A DNA stretch of 64,000 bases from Mytilus trossulus (GCF_036588685.1 NC_086376.1:17236001-17300000); one strand, 5' to 3'. Shown: positions 1-14,248, counted from the stretch's first letter. Numbers and translations: made by a program. The notes: generated by a model not told the origin, from the sequence alone.

Positions 1-49
1 ATTATTCTTTGGTTCTCTACACTATACAAACATATTAAGTGAAGTTCAC

Positions 50-330
50 TCATGCTATACTATACATGTAGCATATTTATCACAAGACAAGGGAAAAAGG
101 TTGCCTTTATCTTCAGTTGGATGAAAAGTATGCTATAACATACTCACAACAAAAAAGTGAAAAGGGACGCTTTATTATCTGGAGTAGGATGATAAATATG
201 CTATATCATACTAACCACATAACAAGTGAGAAGAAACGCATTTTTCTGGGGTAAGATGCTGAATATGCTATGATATACTCACAAAACAAGTGAAAAATTC
301 AATGGTAGGAAAGACATAAATATCTATTAA
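50..330. repeat. Degenerate tandem repeat, ~68-bp period, ~4 copies
   Basis: Recurring ATGCTAT..CATACTCAC..AACAAGTGA..A..GGATG motif. Confidence 0.55.
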
Positions 331-389
331 GCAGGTCACACGAATATATGTGACATTCCTATACAGGGCAGGTATATTTTTATTTTTAT

Positions 390-1660
390 TATGATTATTA
401 TTACAAGGCATTTTTATAGCGCATTATATAAAACTACAGTTACTCTTTGCGTTTTTCATGTTAAAACAAAAGTACACAAGTGTCTTCATACACGAAATTA
501 CAAAGTTAAAAATAAAGGCAACAGTAGTATACCGCTGTTCAAAACTCATAAATCCATGGACAAAAAACAAAATCGGGGTAACAAACTAAAACCGAGGGAA
601 ACGCATTAAATACAAGAGGAGAACAACGACACAACACCGAAACGCAACACACACAGAAACGGACCAATCATCAGACAAAATCCCACGAGAATAACACATA
701 TAACATCTAAACCAAATACATGAATTTGGGATAAACAAGTACCGTGCCACGTCTTATCTTAATATCTTAAAAATAAGAGAAAACAAACGACACAACATTA
801 AAATGCAACACACAGAGAAACGAACAATAATATAACAATGGCCATCTTCCTGACTTGGTACAGGACATTTAAAAAAAATATACCAAAAATTGTTTTAAAG
901 CATACAACATCAAATCAACTATAGAAAGATAAGACTCCAAAACTTGATTTGAAATAACTTAAAATAATTATTAATGAATAAGTAAAAATTTGAAAACTTG
1001 TTATCTTTACTAAATATTTCTAATTAGATATCAAAGGTACTTCTAAAATTGAATTTTGTATTTTAAAATAAGTTACTAAAATACTACAGCTTGTACAAAA
1101 TAAATAAAAATAAAAATGTTAAATCAAAATATACAGAGACACATAAAATCAGACTAAAATGTACAAAATATTAAAAACCAACATCAGTCAAATAAAACAA
1201 ACCACAGTTCCATGTCTTAACTATTAGCGATCCACAAATGCAACATTAAATAGATACGTCTTTATTCTTTTTTTAAATAGTTCTAGCGATTGTTCATTTC
1301 GAAGACTTTTTTGTAGGCCGCGACATTGAACCTCCGTTCACCATTCATTTTGGTCCATGCATTTTTTGGCATCTCAATTAAAGAAGCATTTCCAGATCGC
1401 AACGATCTTGCTGGTTTGTAAAAATTTATTAGTTCACTAAGATACAAAGGTGCAAGTCCATGCAAGGCTTTGAATGCATAAAGCAACAGTTTCTACTGGC
1501 ATCAGAATTTAAATGGTAGCCAATGAAGAGTCATAAGTGTTGGAGTTATATGTTCAAACTCCTTTTTGCGGGTCACAAGTCTGGCAGCTGTGTTCTGAAC
1601 ACGTTGAAGTTTGAATAAACTCGAGGCATTCACACCATACATCAAAGCATTATTGTAATA
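390..1660 (-). mobile_element. L2-clade LINE 3' fragment, decayed and interrupted by another repeat
   Basis: Minus-strand translation KLQRVQNTAARLVT..EHITPTLMTLHWLP..FKALHGLAPLYLSELI..PARSLRS is typical of an L2 ORF2 C-terminus, with stops; L2-like tail TATAATGCGCTATAAAAATG near 400-430. Confidence 0.8.
505..870. repeat. Interspersed repeat; inverted copies at ~9800-9945 and ~23090-23250
   Basis: AAATAAAGGCAACAGTAGTATACCGCTGTTCAAA..ACAAACTAAAACCGAGGGAAAC matches the reverse complement at the two other sites. Confidence 0.75.
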
Positions 1661-4050
1661 TTAAGATCAATTTTCTAAAGACAGTAAAAATTCAGCAAAG
1701 ACGATTTCTTACGAATAGAAAACATTCATATGAATGTTCACATTTACACCAAAGTTATATTACCAGATTGATAGATTAGGGATTGGACGTCATATATTTA
1801 TCGACGTAAATGATTAAGGAATGAAGCAATTGTTTTTAATATGTTGCATCAAAATAGTTACACTGACTCGCCAAATAAGAGTTTTCTCTACTTTTTCCCT
1901 TTAATACCAAAAGCCAAATATACTTTCAAATGTGAATTTTTCCTTTTGGTACTGTATGCTATCATGTCTCTATTGTAATGTTTTGTGTACCGAATGTTTC
2001 TTTTAAAAGTCAAGACTAAGGAAAGCTAGTGTTCGCTGTTCATGTTCTTCTCAATTCACATTCGGAATATCAAGTTTCAAGTATCAAGTACATTAAACCT
2101 TCGGATTCTTCGATTATAGACTGTACGTAATCAAAACTACATAAAGACATTGATTTTTTATCAATGGAACGCATTATAGTTTAGTGTAAGTGTGTAGGGC
2201 ACCTACATTATACCTAGTTTATGAACTATCTCAACTAGACACAAATAAAGTGTCTTTCAACAGGAAACCAACGCATTAAAGTAATACAATGTGATTCAAG
2301 AAAGTTATATATTTAGTTTGTCGTTGACATGTCATACAAATAAAGTAACCAAAATATATCCTCTAAATTGTGAGATTTTTTCTCTACTAATCACAATATC
2401 CAAAGCTCTATGACAGGTGAAATATCAATGTTTGTACCTTTTGAAATGAATGAAGTATAACCGAATAACAAACAAGTGATAAGTAAAATTCCGCAAATTC
2501 TGAACTCGAAAAGTCCCTAATCAAATAGCAAAATGGTGAGCTATTTCTATTTTTGTTTATTCCAGTGTAAAACCGATGAACTTCATCATTCAGTAATATC
2601 AAATTACTTTGATGCATGATTGAAACAAGTATAACATTTTTGATAAAACATTTATTCGAGAAATGTCAGTCCATTTCCATTATCTACGGTTTTACTGTTG
2701 TCATGGTAAAATTACACACTGCTAAATCTGCTGTCATCCCAACTTGTTCTCGACATCTACACGTTATATGGCTATTTACTTGGACATCCTTACCGGCTGC
2801 AATAATTTTGTTGCCAAAGTAACAGATTCAACATGTGATTTTCCGTGTTTAAATCTTATCGCTTTAAAATGCATGATAGATCAAAGCATATCTGTAGACG
2901 TTCATTTGTAAGCATCAAGAGACCGACACGCACACCAATAGTTCTTCATAAAAACGAATACATTTATTATCTAATTAAATTATTTCCATTATTTATAAAT
3001 GTGAGTTAATAATTGCCATTGTGGTTATAAATTGAGTCATAATATTATTTACGAAAACAAGCACTTATCTTTAAATCAATTTCGAATTTTTGACAACATT
3101 ATCTTTCATCATGATCTGCGAGACGATTAAGCTACGGACAAGTTACTGGTAAGACCTGCTACGAATGATTAAATCAACAGAAAAAGTTTTTTTGCTAGTT
3201 TTAGATAATTATTTCAGTTTAAATGAAATAACGCGTTTCAGTTCGACAGACAAACACAAAATCAAAATATTGGAAATGCGCAACCGAGTGTCGTTTCTTA
3301 AAAGTACGATATAGCTAACTTGTGTTATATGAATATAAAGGTTCATTTATATTGTTCTATAGACGAAGGCATTCAGATTTAGAGAACTAGACCACTAATT
3401 CAATCTTGGCCTCTATAAACTTGATCCCACGATAGTTAATTGCAGCAAAACTTTTATATTTTCATGGTGCTAACATATTAGTCTACATATTCTTGTATTC
3501 ATTGCACTATGTTCCACTCTTGACTTATATAGGATAATTAACTTTGATATGTTGCAGAATAAATTTAATAGCAAGTTTTAGAAGGATACACCATGACATT
3601 AAATTTCTCACTGTCAAACATACCCATAAATCTAATTTTCACACAGTTTCCAGAGAATGATTTGCAATTGTTGTTTTTTGTAAACTTTTAGTATCTCCAT
3701 AGTTCTAATATCATTATTTCTTTTGTTCATTATTTCTTTTCTCTTCACTATACAAACAAACAAATGGTGAAGTGCATTCAATATTTAAAAAAAGAACAAG
3801 GCATATCATTGACCGTTGTGATAAAACCCGACAGACATTCTTTAAACGCTACCAAGATAAAGATAGTACAGAAGTATCAAGACTACAAAAAATAGACTGA
3901 CCAAAAAGGAAAATGAAATAATCAGAGTGTGATACAAGATTTGTTGAAGAAAAACAGATTACAATTTTAACAAAACCAATAGCAAAGATAAAAACCAATT
4001 ACTCAAGAAAAGTTTAGATCATACGAAAATAAATAATATTTCATGGAAAA

Positions 4051-4210
4051 TAAATATTTAAATGGTGTGTTTTCTAATACAAACAAAACCCCAACACACT
4101 TGATACGGAGATTTTTACCCAGATAATGAATATTTAAATGATGTGTTTTCTAATTTAAACAAACCCCAAACACACTTGATACGGAGAATTTAACCAGACA
4201 ATGAATATCT
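4051..4210. repeat. Local tandem duplication, ~78 bp x2
   Basis: AATATTTAAATG.TGTGTTTTCTAAT..AAAC..ACACACTTGATACGGAGA occurs twice. Confidence 0.75.
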
Positions 4211-4955
4211 TACAGAACATTTAAGTTTTACTTTTAGAAATATAAGTAATGTAATTTCCAATAGGATTCCCTTATCGGCTAAATCTTTGAAACTTTTACT
4301 ATGAAGTTGCGTAACAAAACACAATACTTATGAATATTAGAGACGACAAAAGCCGTGTTTTGTGAATTAAGATGTATTTACAAAGTGTAACATCCAGTAT
4401 CTAACCACCTATACAGACATGTCTACAGTTAATGTGTGTTACTGATCGGACAAGCCGTTGTCAGTTGTTTTCCGAACGTTCTTTTAGTTGACACAGTATT
4501 ACGTTTGCTTTTGTCTGTTTTATGGGACTTCTTTCTTTGAATTTATTGAGGCATTCGGTGTTTTTGTTATATTTTTTCACATGTTTTGTCCTCTACTAAA
4601 CCATCAAACAGAAAAATATTTCATATCCAAAAAAATTATACCATGTTTCTATCATTTTATTTTACTGCATGTGAACAGACAAGTGACCCATTATAATATA
4701 GTTTATGTCTTCGTATATAAGTATCGTACCGTTTTGACAGACAGGACAACATTTGTCAGGGTACTGTACAGAATTTACACATTCCACTATAAAGCAGTCA
4801 GCGATAAAACATTGTGATTGACCATTTTAACAAGCACACCATTCACAAGGAGACTCCTTGCAGTGACTACCTTCTGGATGCCGCTTTCCATATCTGGAGC
4901 ACACGGATGGTCGAGTTGCAAAATGAGGAATGGTTAAAGAGATGACTACCGTAAT

Positions 4956-5227
4956 TAGTTATCAAAGGTACCAGGATTATAATTTAGTACGCCAGACGCG
5001 CGTTTCGTCTACATAAGACTCATCAGTGACGCTCATATCAAAATATTTGTAAAGCCAAACAAGTACAAAGTTGAAGAGCATTGAGGATCCAAAATTCCAA
5101 AACATTTAAAAAAATGCCAAATACGGCTAAGGTTATCTATGCCTGGGATAAGAAAATCCTTAGTTTTTCGAAAAATTCAAAGTTTTGTAACAGGAAATTT
5201 GTTAAAGTGACCACATTATTGATATTC
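4956..5227 (-). mobile_element. Non-LTR retrozyme, 5'-truncated, inserted in exon 1 of the VWC pseudogene
   Basis: Absent from the paralog (ACCGTAAT|AAATATGATTACG at ~8426-8446); homologous to copies at 15439, 45997, 54500 and 63078; contains a hammerhead. Confidence 0.9.
4990..5034 (-). ncRNA. Type I hammerhead ribozyme, intact core
   Basis: GAGCGTCA-CTGATGA-GTCT(TATGT)AGAC-GAAA-CGCGCG-TC^TGGCG: both conserved core boxes, stem II, palindromic short stem III, GUC cleavage triplet, stem I CGUCA/UGGCG. Confidence 0.9.
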
Positions 5228-6139
5228 AAATATCATTACGATTACATTAAGTATTTTCCGTGTATTCATTATAGGCGAATATTGTGATAAAGAAAACCTG
5301 GTAAAGTTCTTATCAGCACACTGACAGGTGTTGCAGAAAAGATCTTACTACTGTATGACCCTTGTGTTGGTAAATTTAACGGAATTTATTGACAAATATC
5401 TGTAATAGTAGGGAACATTTCCTTATTGGGAGCCTTGATTATGATAAAACAACAACGAAAAAGAGGTACACTGACAACCAAGTAAATCAGCAAAAGTAGC
5501 CACTTGAATACACTCCCAAACAGCCATTTTGATAACAAGGTCAAAATGATTTGTTTACCCTATTCTTTTATTAAACAATTTTGTTTTATTCTTTTTTTTT
5601 TTGCTTTCTTTTTGCGGCAATATTTTATCAATTTTCTTATTTTGTTGGTATATTCGCAATAAAGATACCATTTGAAATATTTTTATCATACATTTTCTGT
5701 GAAGAACTACAAGGTAAAATCACAAAAATACTGAACTCCGAGGAAATAAAATCGGAAAGTCCCTAGTCACACGGCAAAATCAAATGACAAAACATATTAA
5801 AAACAAACACAAACAACATTCTTTTACATAAATTAGGCCATTAGTTTTCTCGTTTGAATTGTTTCCATTGTTATTTCTGGGTCTTTTATAGCTGACTATG
5901 CGGTATGGGGTTTGTGCATTGTTGAAGTCCTTACGATTACATATTGTTTTGATCTCTCGTTGATATTTTTCTCATTGTCAATCATATCACATCTTCTTTT
6001 TTATAAATATGTTATTTTATAATAAAGCACAATATTGTGATATTCTTAGACATTTCAGATGTTTTAAGATCCATCCGTAAATGAAGATAGTAAATCTAAC
6101 ACATGTAAAACATATTGGCTAAAACTGGGAGTCTCCTGA

Positions 6140-6495
6140 ACTGAATTTTAATGTGCGTATTGTTATGCGTTTACTTGTTTACATTGGCTAAGGGTATAAT
6201 GAGAGGGTTGAGATCTCATAAACATGTTTAACCCCGACTGTCCCAAGTCAGGAGCCTCTGGCCTTTGTTAGTCTTGTAGGATTTTAAATTTTAGTTTCTT
6301 GTACATAATTCGGAGTTTAGTCCATTATCACTGAACTAGAATACATTTTTTTAAGGGACTAGCTGAAGGACGCCTATGGATGTGGGAGTTGTTGCTACAT
6401 TTAAGACCCATTGGTTGCCTTCGGCTGTTATCTGCTCTATGGTCGGGTTGTTGTCGCTTTGACACATTACCCATTTTCTTTCTCAATTTTATTTA
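6140..6495. repeat. Interspersed repeat; copies at ~20140-20362, ~49265-49312 and inverted at ~56028-56250
   Basis: Shared CAGCTGAAGGACGCC..TCTGCTCTATG..GTTGTTGTCGCTTTGACACATT.CCCATTT..TTCTCAATTTT with a common end. Confidence 0.8.
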
Positions 6496-6515
6496 ATACA
6501 GTTCATTTCCATAAT

Positions 6516-8478
6516 CTACGGTTTTACTGTTGTCATGGTATAATTACACACTGCCTTATGTGCTGTCATTCCGAATCCAAATTGTTCTGGACATCTACAC
6601 GAAGTATGGCTATCTACCTGGACATCCTTACCGGCTGCAATTATTTTGTTGCCGAAGTAACAGTTTTTACCTGCAATACAAATTAAATAATTTCTATGTT
6701 TATCTTTTGTCACTATAACATACCAGGACCACATCAAATCTGCACTTGTAAGCATAAAGACTTGCACATCTAGAATTCGAAGTTCCATTGTCTTTCTTTC
6801 ATTAAATGGTTGCCTTTCATTTTTTAGATATGATTTAACAACTAACCTATTGGGCATATTTATTCAAATTTTGACACAGGCCGTCCTAAAAAAATATAAA
6901 TTTAAATTACACATAGCCGTACCATTTCATATATTTTAGAATACTGACACCTGAACATTGTCATTTCCCTGTGAGTAGAATTTATTTACCATTTATCATT
7001 TTGTGAAAGATATAATGCACGCTTACAAAATAGCACGTTTTAGAGGGATATACGATCGAACAATCGTAATATATTGAAAGATCCCGACCGAGTTATTTCT
7101 AAAATGAAATATGAGATTGTTAACTCGTGTTCTATAAAGGTGTATATTTTTATGTGCCTGTGTGTATGGATTTCACATATTTAGCAACTAGGTGAGCAAT
7201 TCATTATTCGTGGTAAAACATGAAACCACAAATTTATAAGTCAATAATTAACCTCTCAACCAAATATGGTTCACGTTAATGAATACTAGTGTAAACACTT
7301 TACCAAAATTCTCTGTATATGCTGCAAAACTTGGATGTATATGTATGTATGTGCATATTATTTCAGACATCGGATCGATATATTGCATTATTTTTTTTGC
7401 CCATAGCATAAACTCTTAAACTTCGTACTTTGTTTAGCATTTTAACTGTTTTATCATTAGCGTTACTAATAAATCAACTGTAGACGAGACGTACAAAAAA
7501 ATAATCATAATATCGTGCACACGAGAAGTATTGTTTTAGTAACTCCATAGTTATATAACTTTGCACTACACTAACAGCTCAAACGGCAAGTTTCATTCAA
7601 TATTTTGAATAAGCAAAATGTCGAATCTCAAGACAGAAAAACATTAAGTATCAAGGCTACAAAAGACAATAACAATCAAAAACCAAAGAGTAAACAAAGA
7701 CTCATAAAACCAAAGGACATTTGCATCAACAGTTTACTAATAATAAATAAGAAACAACACGAACTACTAAAAACCAGTGAAATCAGGCGCCCCGGAAGGG
7801 TAAGAATTTCCTACACAAATACAATGACAAATCAAATAGAAAATACAACTGAACATCAAATTAGAGAGACACAATGGACGCGATAAAAAAATACGAGTTC
7901 AATTAAAACAAACAACACCATGACCAGAAAGATAAGCAACGACATGGTTTGCCATGTACTAAACCATCAGATAGATGATTGATTGCTTGATGTATAACGC
8001 CACTTTCAGCTCTGGTGAAAGACTCGGGCACTTGTAGTTGAGAGAAGGCGGAAAAGTAATGACTTTGTCCAGACAAAACTACCGGGCTTGATAGGACCAG
8101 TGTCAAAAATTATATCGAATATGCAATGTCGTCATCATTTAACTTCTCATCATGTGATAAGATCAGTCTACCATTATGATATATGCTTTCGTATATAAGT
8201 ATCTTACCATTTGGACAAACTGGACAACATTTGTCAGGATGTTGTACAGAATCTACACATTCCACTATAAAGCAGTCAGCGATAAGACACTGTGATTGAC
8301 CGTTCACACAATCACACCATTCACAAGGAGACACCTTCCAGTGACTACCTTCTGGATGCATTTTTCCATCCCTGAAACACCCGGATGGTGGAGTCGGTGG
8401 TTGAGGAAAGGTTAAAGAGTTAACTACCGTAATAAATATGATTACGAATACACTCCTAAGTAAATTCCGTGTATACAT
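6516..8478 (-). CDS. Secreted VWC-domain protein, Brorin/VWC2-like, 141 aa, 2 exons
   Basis: Exon 1 8478-8208: signal peptide + 10-Cys VWC (CFRDGK..PCEWCDC..CLIADC..CVD..CCPVCPN), donor G|GTAAG. Exon 2 6670-6516 after TTGCAG: GKNCYFGNKIIAAGKDVQVDSHTSCRCPEQFGFGMTAHKAVCNYTMTTVKP*. Phase-1 join is in frame (426 nt). Confidence 0.9.
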
Positions 8479-9166
8479 TATAAGAGAATATTGTGAAGAA
8501 GAAAAACGTGTAGAGTTCTTATCAGCACGTCGACAGGTCAGGTGTTACAGAAATGATCTTACTAGTGTTTGATGTGTGGTAAACTAAACGGATTTTATAT
8601 ATAAATACATGTTTCTGTAGAAATAGGGAAAATTGTTGCCAAATTCATTTTACGTTTGAGGTATTTTAAAATCGTTCCTTAAACTTTTTCGAATTTGTAC
8701 AGTATTACAGCTGTATATATGTCCTTCTAGGTTAAAATAAATTAATGATACCATGACTACAATTTTGGTAAAAAATGCATTTTTTTGTTGGCGGGGGGGG
8801 GGGGGGGGGGGGGGCTGAATTTGAAAGCGATGTAAAGGAATTATGAATAAAATGTATCTTCATCATTATCCAATTAGTAAACAACGTTGAATAATGAGAA
8901 TTCCTTGTTTGTACAAATCGTAGTTTTTCATTAAAACTATATATTAACACGTTTTGTTTTGTATAAGAACCCTTTGATAATGCACAGTGCACACCATCAT
9001 CTCGCCTTGTCCTATTCAATATATACATTGCTGTTTGTAATCTCAATCGAAGTGCATTATCTAATATTGAATATAGTTATCAAAGGTACCAGGATTATAA
9101 AAGTGTGTAATAGGCTTGATTTTAAATAACTTACAGTAACAGCAAGCATACCAAGTCAGGTAAAAA

Positions 9167-9790
9167 GTAAAATCACAAAAATATTGAACTCCGATGAAAG
9201 TTCAGAACGGAAAGTCAGTAATCATATGGCAAACCAAAAGATAAAACACATCAAATGACACCAACTGTCATATTCCTGATTTCGTACAGGCATTTTCGTA
9301 TGTAGAAAATGATGGACTGAACCTGGTTTGACAGCGCTAAATCTTTCACTTATTTAAAAGTCGGATTAAATTCCATTATATTGACAACGATTCGTGAGCA
9401 AAATAGACATAATAGGTAAAGTTCTCAAAACATGAATACAGCAGTCATCACCGTTTCATAATCTCAATCAGAACAAAAACAAGCAAATATTAATCACAGA
9501 AGCATGTATCAAATATAATTACCACGTTCATTGCTTAATTATTTTTTTATTCATTTACGTATGTTAATATAAACCTATAAATGATTGAAATAGTTTAAGT
9601 CCTGTTACCAAATTGATACATCAACTCTAGTGTATAATCATGCGTTTGACGTCAGAATGAAAACTTCACATAGGTAGAGATATTTAATAATTTTGACGTT
9701 CAAAGTATGCAAAAATTATAATAGAACAATAAATTAATGGCGGGAGGTTCAAAGTACAGAATCACGTTATATGTATCAAAGAGACACAAG
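9167..9790. repeat. Abundant interspersed repeat; shorter copies at ~2485, 5713, 11375, 20430, 33130, 45130, 46820; long inverted copy at ~57960-58515
   Basis: Shared end GTAAAATCACAAAAATACTGAACTC..GGAAAGTCC..CAACTGTCATATTCCTGA..GTAGAAAATG.TGGA.T.AACCTGG, variably truncated at the other end. Confidence 0.8.
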
Positions 9791-11797
9791 ACAGTTTTTT
9801 TTATTGCACTTCTGTGTTCTGTTGTTTTACTGTTTTCCTCTTATAATTAATGTGTTTCCCTCGGTTTTAGTTTGTAATCCTGATTTGTTTTCTCTCAATT
9901 TTTTATGACTTTTGAACAGCGGTATACTACTGTTGTCTTTATTTAACAAAATATCCAAGACATTTTTTTCAATTTTGAAATTGTTAGCACCTGCACCGCA
10001 TCATCTAGACATTTAAAGGTGATACAAAGAACAGATTATTCTTTCGTTTGCATCTTCTCATGAAATGGCGTAATCACTTGTTTTAATGAATCAACATTTT
10101 TTTCAAAACATTAGTCTTAACTGTCATTAATTTGCAAAACATGATAATGTTTTTTGAATTTGTGTTCGATGCCTATTTGAAATGTTTGAATGAAATATTA
10201 TCAAGTTAACTTAGGAAAACTTCAACAAATGGTTAAGTCAAAAGCTCAAAGCATATTGAACGAATTGAGAACAACTCTCATATACCTGACTTGGTATAGA
10301 CATTTTCTTAGGTAGAACATGATGGAAAACCCTGGTTTGAAAGCAAGCTTTACCTCGAGCTCTAACTTGTACGCATAAACGTTCATTACTTAAACAACAA
10401 TGTGTGAACAAAACAATTAGACATAATAAGTAAAAATGCAAAAGTAGGGAAGTCACAGTCAACATTTTTTTATTACCTTAATCACTATTAAAACGAATAA
10501 ATATGTCAGTAAAGAAAAACAAAAGTGCATATAGAAAAGCCCGTACGAAAAGCGGAGGACAAGAACACAAATATTAACGATAGCACCATAATACAACGCC
10601 GGGATGTATACGTACCAATCCAAGTCAAATGGTGTTACCAAAAATAGACTAAACAGTTATAGTAATAATTTACAAAGACTCCGAAAAAACAACACCTGAT
10701 TAAGACGATAAACGACGCAAGTACCTATAATTTATACTTCAAGACCATCGTGTATTATTTTTGAAGTTGATATTGAATATTTATCAACAAGGTTTTGATA
10801 TCGTCCGATGGACTCTGGTAACGTTTTACAAAGTAAGAGTAGCAGCTACAGCTCTTGAATACCAAACGAGTTTAGGAAATATATATCGCAAATGCAGATG
10901 AGAGTGGTATATTGCTACTTAGATGGCAATAATACTTTGCAAATATCTTTCCATTTTTGGCAATTTTGATGCATTTGGTGTTTTTGTGTGAATGTGTACA
11001 ATAGGTAGTGAAGTAGTCAAGTTGGCGAAAGTGAGTGACCGCATTTTGCACTGTAATATACACCATCGGGTAAGTGAAAGTGTATAACTATGAACAATAT
11101 CTGGTATATAAATTTTATCGCTATTTGTTCTCAGTATAGGACATCACAGTCGTTCCATTCATGACACAATAGAAAATGTATGACGTAACACAAGAAAGGG
11201 ATTGATGCACACTGTGTATAATAATCGTAATCAACCTATAGTAGCTTTATGTAAACGAAAAAGAAGTGTAATGTTAGTTAAGCAATAAGGAAATAAGGAG
11301 ATGTCCATAACAAATAGTCATTAAATTAAAGTAACGATTTTGCCTATTCTACGTTAACCTTGTAAAAATCACAAAAATCACAAAAATACTGAGCATGAGT
11401 AAAATTAAAAAAGGAAAGTCCCTAGTCAAATATAATTGACACTATAAATTGTCCCTCGTCAAACAGATAGCAGAAAACCTACCTAATTGACAATAATATG
11501 CTTTGTGATGTCTGCTTGATTGACGTGATTCCTATTGTTATTCACATGTAACATGTAATGATGGCGTGTAAGTTGTTTTAAATTATAGAATCTTTTGAAT
11601 TCTAAGCGAGAATCAAAGTGCCATAAACACAGGACTTCCAAAAAATTACGAGACCCACAAAACTTGCTCAGACAGTTGGGAGTCTTTTGCTCATAAATAA
11701 TGCTCGCTTCTTGATGCACTCGGTAGCTTATATACATCAGTGTGGTTTAATTACTATCCGACATGTTTGAAACAGAATAATTGTTGATAAATTTTAA

Positions 11798-13711
11798 TCA
11801 GTTTACATTTACAACTTTAGCTGTAACGGTATTGACCCTGATTTCACACACAGCTCTTAGTGCGGTCATTCCAAATCCAAATCTGGTCGGACAGTGGCAT
11901 GTGGTGTGGTCATCTATTTGTACAGACTTTCCTGCCTGAATAATTGTGTCTCCTGCGTAACAATTTCTACCTGCAATCACAAGAGTTAAGCTTGAGTAGA
12001 GACAATCAGTAGATTTAAATGTAAAAGGAAACGTACACAAAATAGCATACACAAGTAACTAGAGTTAAACAAGAAGAAAACAGATGAATGTCTATATACC
12101 CAAGCTGCAATATAATTAATTTTTGACAATGTAGTCCCTACAAATGTAATCAGACGACTATATAAACGTAACAGAACATGTAACGTTAGAAGAGCTCACA
12201 ACGAGTAACTGAATATATAAAACGCACAGTCAAATGCATTGTTGCATTTATCTAATTTTAGTAAGGTGCTTTATCCATTGATACTATAAATAAATCATCT
12301 TATATTTTAACAAAATTGCTCATATATACATTACTATGACACATACATTACGTTACTGTAATCACATGTGAATTAATCAAATGTCTTTACAGTATCTAAA
12401 ATTGAAATAAAATTTAGTCAAATCAAAAGAGTGAAACGAAAATTGTAAGGAATTGAGACAACATCCTAGGTAAGGTAAAAAAAAACCGGAACCTAACATG
12501 CTGTTGTTTATCATGCTGATGACTCAATGACAATGAGTTAACATTACAATCTTTTTAATATATAATATATCTTTGATTTCGTTATACTCATATGAGTTTC
12601 GTCGCAAGTTAGTAATTCGTATTATTTTATTTAGATTGTGCACATTTGATATCATACGTTATCACACTAAATCACAGGAATTAGATTCACAGAAATCACA
12701 CGTAAGTATATATATACTGAATTTTGCAAAACTTTCATCGCAAGATTATTTTTGTGAAGCTCATCATTGATACACGTCTTGACACCAAATCAGACGTAGA
12801 ATCGCACACAATATGGGCTTGTTCTGAAATGTATTTTTCAGTTATTTAAAACATTCTAATTAATTCATTTTACATAATTTTCACTACATTGAAGCTTCAC
12901 TTTCTCATCTGATAACCTTTTAGTAACCTCAAGTACAACTTAATTGGAAAGCTTAGACCAAAGTATATAAATCATAGTCATGTGTGCTACCGTCAAAACA
13001 TTATCATTTTCGTAGAACTGTTGTTTGACGTCAATAATCAAAATCTTACTGACATGAATACTTACATGATAAAGATTTGTAAAACCAAAACAATATCGCG
13101 AAGTCGTTAAAACCAACTGATTGAAATAAGTTTTAATATTAAATGGTATCCTTCATTTTTTGCTAATTTCTACAAACATCTAAATAATTTAAATCTTATT
13201 TAAATCTAAATTATTGATTTGATAGATAGTTAGAACCTAATAAAAAGATTTTTTAAACAATCGGTTGAAACTATGCACAGATAAATATTGCAATTACCCT
13301 GCTAAATAATGAACAAAAACTGTTTTAAACTGGTCTTGCATAGTACTGTATTTACCGTCGAAAGAAAGAAAACTAATAATAAATGAGCATGTATCTTCTG
13401 CAATGGTCATTTTAACTGTTGTTTTTCGGATGTATTAATGTTTGTAACTTACCATTTGGACAAACAGAGCAACATTTAGTAGGATCATGCACAGCGTCCA
13501 CACACGTTGGCATGAAACAGTCTGCAATCGCGCATATTACTTTGCCTCCATTACAAAAGCAATGCTCGCATGGGGTTGGTTGGAAAGATTCGCCTTCTTT
13601 GTATAATTTACCATTCTTACTACATCCAGACGCGACACTAATAGACGGTAAAGGATCAACAGCATACACAAGTGGAAGAATAAGGACACTGATTAACAAG
13701 AAGTTCGCCAT
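11798..13711 (-). CDS. Secreted VWC-domain protein, Brorin/VWC2-like, 143 aa, 2 exons
   Basis: Exon 1 13711-13453 MANFLLISVLILPLVYA-VDPLP..CSKNGK..PCEHCFC..CCSVCPN G|GTAAGT. Exon 2 11970-11798 GRNCYAGDTIIQAGKSVQIDDHTTCHCPTRFGFGMTALRAVCEIRVNTVTAKVVNVN*. Confidence 0.9.
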
Positions 13712-14248
13712 GTTCCCGAAAGGTTTCAATGTAATGTACTTGTGAAGTACGAACAGTCTTATCAGTTGAACGTGATCCACAATAAAGTTCTCTAGATACT
13801 ATCTTTGTGATTTATTTGTTTTATTGGATATAAATATTAATTGTAATCGACAAATTGCTAAATGGCTTATTTTAAAAACAAAGAGTTCGTGGGGTTTACA
13901 GTTCGATTATTTTTTATTACTGGTTACTGATCCCCACAGCCCTTTCCTTGAATACTGATATCACAACAAAAGAAGGTCTGACAACACAAAAGAAAAGCTA
14001 GTGTTGTATGAAAACAAGACATAAAGTGTTGCAAATTATCGGGTCATGTCTCGCATAATCATAAAACTGCGATACGAACTATTTATGATGCCTGGTTTTT
14101 TTTTAATGTTCTGGTTTAACTTCTACCATCCTCTGTTACTACTTTGAAGGGTAAAACAGAAGGCAAATATGTGAAGGGACAATACAATAAAGAATTTCAT
14201 TTTAAAGAAAAAATGTCATTTAAAAGAAGGCCACTTGAAAGATTTTAG

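Larger units (their letters stand above)
2684..5269 (-). pseudogene. Brorin/VWC2-like pseudogene, close paralog of the 6516-8478 gene
   Basis: Exon 1 5269-4730 (MNTRKILNVIVMIF[insert]ITVVISLTIPHFATRPSVCSRYGKRHPEGSHCKESPCEWCAC*NGQSQC..CCPVCQN) has an in-frame TAA and a 272-bp insertion. Exon 2 2832-2684 (..CYFGNKIIAAGKDVQVNSHITCRCREQVGMTADLAVCNFTMTTVKP*) has acceptor AG>AT, a TGA and a 6-nt deletion. Confidence 0.9.

Noticed and set aside
8732-9046. ORF with a poly-proline tract
   Set aside because: Produced by a G homopolymer at ~8793-8815; no other coding signal
13419-13745. Plus-strand ORFs 2616-2822, 13419-13745, 24644-24916 and 28347-28634
   Set aside because: Antisense shadows of VWC exons
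13712-13780. N-terminal extension of the VWC ORF in the track
   Set aside because: Non-ATG start; paralog alignment and signal peptide place the start at 13711
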